Shown in pieces: positions 15,360 to 17,252 of a stretch of DNA of 17,252 bases; position 1 is the stretch's first letter, and each line of letters begins with the position of its first letter. The notes beneath the pieces were generated by a model. The model did no database searches. It saw nothing but the letters and a program-made list of their open reading frames with translations, and had not been told where the DNA came from. The DNA lies in assembly GCA_965279525.1 (NCBI GenBank), contig CBDIIB010000001.1, positions 1 through 17,252 of the forward strand, in the 5' to 3' direction. This stretch comes from Tagaea sp. (GTDB lineage: Bacteria > Pseudomonadota > Alphaproteobacteria > CACIAM-22H2). A program made the position numbers and the translations under genes.

Positions 15360-16394
15360 TCAAGAGAGCCAGTCCCGCTTGATCTGGATGTCCGGCGCGA
15401 TGTCGCGGTTGGCGACGCGTCCGATCACGGCCTCGAACTCCGCGGCCGCGATCTCGCCGGTTCCCGGACGCTTGACCCATACGTTTTTGCGGTCAAGCGC
15501 CTCGCCTTTTGCGATGGGGCGGATGCTCACGACGGACGCGTAGGCGAACGCGATCGTCGGTGCTTCTTCGGCAAGCACGCTCTTGCGCCCGCCGCGGCTC
15601 TCCCAGATCGCCCGTGATCCCTGGATCAGGCTGCCCAGTTCGCCGGGGGTCATCGAGACTTCGATGTCCGGGCCCGGCCACGCGCTGTCGGACGTGAAGT
15701 GGCGCTCGAGGATGCTGGCGCCGAGCGCCACCGCGCCGAGGCACGGATAGATCGTGGTCGTGTGGTCGGAAAGACCGACAGGCGCGTCGGGAAAGGCTTC
15801 CCGAAGTTCCGCGATCGCACCGAGCCGCACGAGGCTGTACGGCGTGGGGTAGACGCTCGTGCAGTGAAGCAGCGCGAACTGGGTGCCGTGGCGCCGGATC
15901 TCCCCGACCGAGCGGGCGATGCTCGCGAGATCGTTCATGCCCGTGCTGAGGATGATCGGCTTGCCGAACGAAGCGATATGGGCGATCAGCGGCGTGTTGT
16001 TGCATTCGCCCGAGCCGATCTTGTACGCGGCGACCCCCATCCCCTGGAGCCGGTCGGCCGCCGCCCGCGAAAACGGCGTGCTCATGTACAGCAGGCCTTT
16101 CTTCTCCGCGTATTCCTTCAGGAACCTGTCCTGCGCCTCGTCGAACGCGCAGCGCCGGATGATGTCGCCGATCGGTTCAGACGCGTTCCCAGGCACGACG
16201 TCGTTCGGAACCATCTCGTCGTCGACGACATGGCACTGGAACTTGACGCACTCGGCACCCACGCGCGCGGCGTCGTCCACCATGCGGACGGCCTTCTCCA
16301 CGCTTCCCTCGTGGTTGATCCCGATCTCGGCGATGACGAAGGGAGGTGCATCGTCGCCGATGGGTCGCGATCCGATTTCGATCTGCCGGGTCAT
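15360..16394 (-). CDS. neuB: N-acetylneuraminate synthase with C-terminal SAF/antifreeze-like domain
   Basis: 344 aa from ATG 16394 (purine-rich GGGGAAAACAGGA upstream). Motifs IAEIGINHEGS, STPFSRAAA, YKIGSGECNN, ILSTGMN, LHCTSVYPTP, GLSDHT, LERHFT and VKRPGTG. Confidence 0.95.
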   Translation of the reverse strand: MTRQIEIGSRPIGDDAPPFVIAEIGINHEGSVEKAVRMVDDAARVGAECVKFQCHVVDDEMVPNDVVPGNASEPIGDIIRRCAFDEAQDRFLKEYAEKKGLLYMSTPFSRAAADRLQGMGVAAYKIGSGECNNTPLIAHIASFGKPIILSTGMNDLASIARSVGEIRRHGTQFALLHCTSVYPTPYSLVRLGAIAELREAFPDAPVGLSDHTTTIYPCLGAVALGASILERHFTSDSAWPGPDIEVSMTPGELGSLIQGSRAIWESRGGRKSVLAEEAPTIAFAYASVVSIRPIAKGEALDRKNVWVKRPGTGEIAAAEFEAVIGRVANRDIAPDIQIKRDWLS

Positions 16395-16460
16395 TCCTGT
16401 TTTCCCCAAATGCGGTTTGAGTTTATCCAGTGGTCGTGGATCGAAGTGGAACCGAACGTC

Positions 16461-17252
16461 TCAGCCGGACCGCGAGCCTGCCGCGTCCACGCGGCCGGCG
16501 GAAACGATGCCGCTGCCAAGCCGCTCGAACTCCGCCTCCGAAGCCAGCGCGCCCTCGGAGAGCACGAACACCTGATCGCAGAACGACGTCGTCGCAAGCC
16601 GGTGCGTGATCATGATCAGCGTGACGCCGTGCGGGAGATCGACAAGGTTCTGCAGGACTTCGGCTTCGGTCGCGGGATCCAATCCGCTCGTGGCTTCGTC
16701 GAGAAGCAGGATCTCGACGTCCCTGTAAAGCGCCCGCGCGATCGCGAGTCGCTGGCGCTGGCCGCCGGACAGGCGTGACCCCGCTTCGCCGACCCGTTCC
16801 GAGAGACCGTTCGGCAATCCGGCGATCTCCGGTCCCAATCCGGCCATCGAGATCGCCTGCAGGACTTTCACGTCGTCGATCTTCTCGTCGTCGATGCCGA
16901 AAGCGACGTTGCGCCGGACGGTATCGTCGACGATCAACGTCTCCTGCGCGACGTAGCCGATGCTCGCCAGCCATTTCGTCCGGTCGAACTCGGCGATATT
17001 CGCGCCGTCCAGGCGCACCTGACCTTCGGTCGGCTCTATCAGGCAAAGAAGCAGATCGACCAGCGTGCTCTTGCCGGCACCCGTATGGCCGACGACCGCA
17101 TATCGGCCGCCACGCCGGATCTCGAGCGAAAGAGCGCGGATCTGAGGCTTCTCGGAATCCGGATGGATATAGGTGACATTGTCGAGCGCGAGGGAACTCC
17201 ACTTCGGCAGGGAAGCCGTCGAGGAACGCCCGGCCCCGGCCTCAAGCTTTTC
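16461..17252 (-). CDS. ABC exporter (MsbA/PglK-type), C-terminal ATPase domain; 5' part outside the window
   Basis: The frame is open from 17252 (EKLEAG...LALDNVTYIHP...AVVGHTGAGKSTL). Walker A GHTGAGKS, Q-loop YVAQE, signature LSGGQRQR, Walker B LLLDEATSGLD and H-loop ITHRL. The TVRRNVAFG and VGEAGSRLSGG patterns are typical of fused TMD-NBD exporters. Confidence 0.9.
   Translation of the reverse strand, partial: EKLEAGAGRSSTASLPKWSSLALDNVTYIHPDSEKPQIRALSLEIRRGGRYAVVGHTGAGKSTLVDLLLCLIEPTEGQVRLDGANIAEFDRTKWLASIGYVAQETLIVDDTVRRNVAFGIDDEKIDDVKVLQAISMAGLGPEIAGLPNGLSERVGEAGSRLSGGQRQRLAIARALYRDVEILLLDEATSGLDPATEAEVLQNLVDLPHGVTLIMITHRLATTSFCDQVFVLSEGALASEAEFERLGSGIVSAGRVDAAGSRSG

Noticed and set aside
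1-17252. CRISPR arrays, tRNA/rRNA, IS elements, integrases, defence systems and a JUMPstart/ops element
   Set aside because: No spaced repeats, RNA-gene signatures, recombinase motifs or intergenic GGCGGTAG were seen. The methyltransferases lack DNA-methyltransferase motifs (DPPY/NPPY, PCQ).

Overview
High-GC DNA, probably alphaproteobacterial (inferred from the LptE type and promoter style), carrying an almost fully coding surface-glycan (LPS O-antigen, capsule or glycoprotein) biosynthesis locus. A minus-strand run starts at the right edge: an ABC exporter (C-terminal ATPase part only), neuB-neuC-neuA (CMP-nonulosonate, most likely Neu5Ac), a polysaccharide pyruvyltransferase, an unassigned 464-aa GT-B-like protein, a GT4, a CmoB-like SAM-dependent transferase and two more GT4s. 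A two-gene plus-strand cassette follows (GDP-sugar epimerase/reductase-like SDR and PhyH-type Fe(II)/2-oxoglutarate dioxygenase). A second minus-strand run reads MT-GT4-MT-GT2-MT and ends at the 5' part of an lptE-like lipoprotein gene. The most interesting aspect is the combination of a sialic-acid pathway with no canonical sialyltransferase visible and an unusually rich tailoring set (four SAM-dependent transferases, a pyruvyltransferase, a dioxygenase). Non-coding signals are a perfect palindrome of back-to-back TTGAC elements in the divergent intergenic region, a 7-bp direct repeat flanking the plus-strand cassette and a (GC)11 tract in a GT gene. No RNA genes, CRISPR arrays or transposases were seen. 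Family calls rest on motif recognition and remembered reference sequences, not on database searches. Several starts were trimmed relative to the ORF track.
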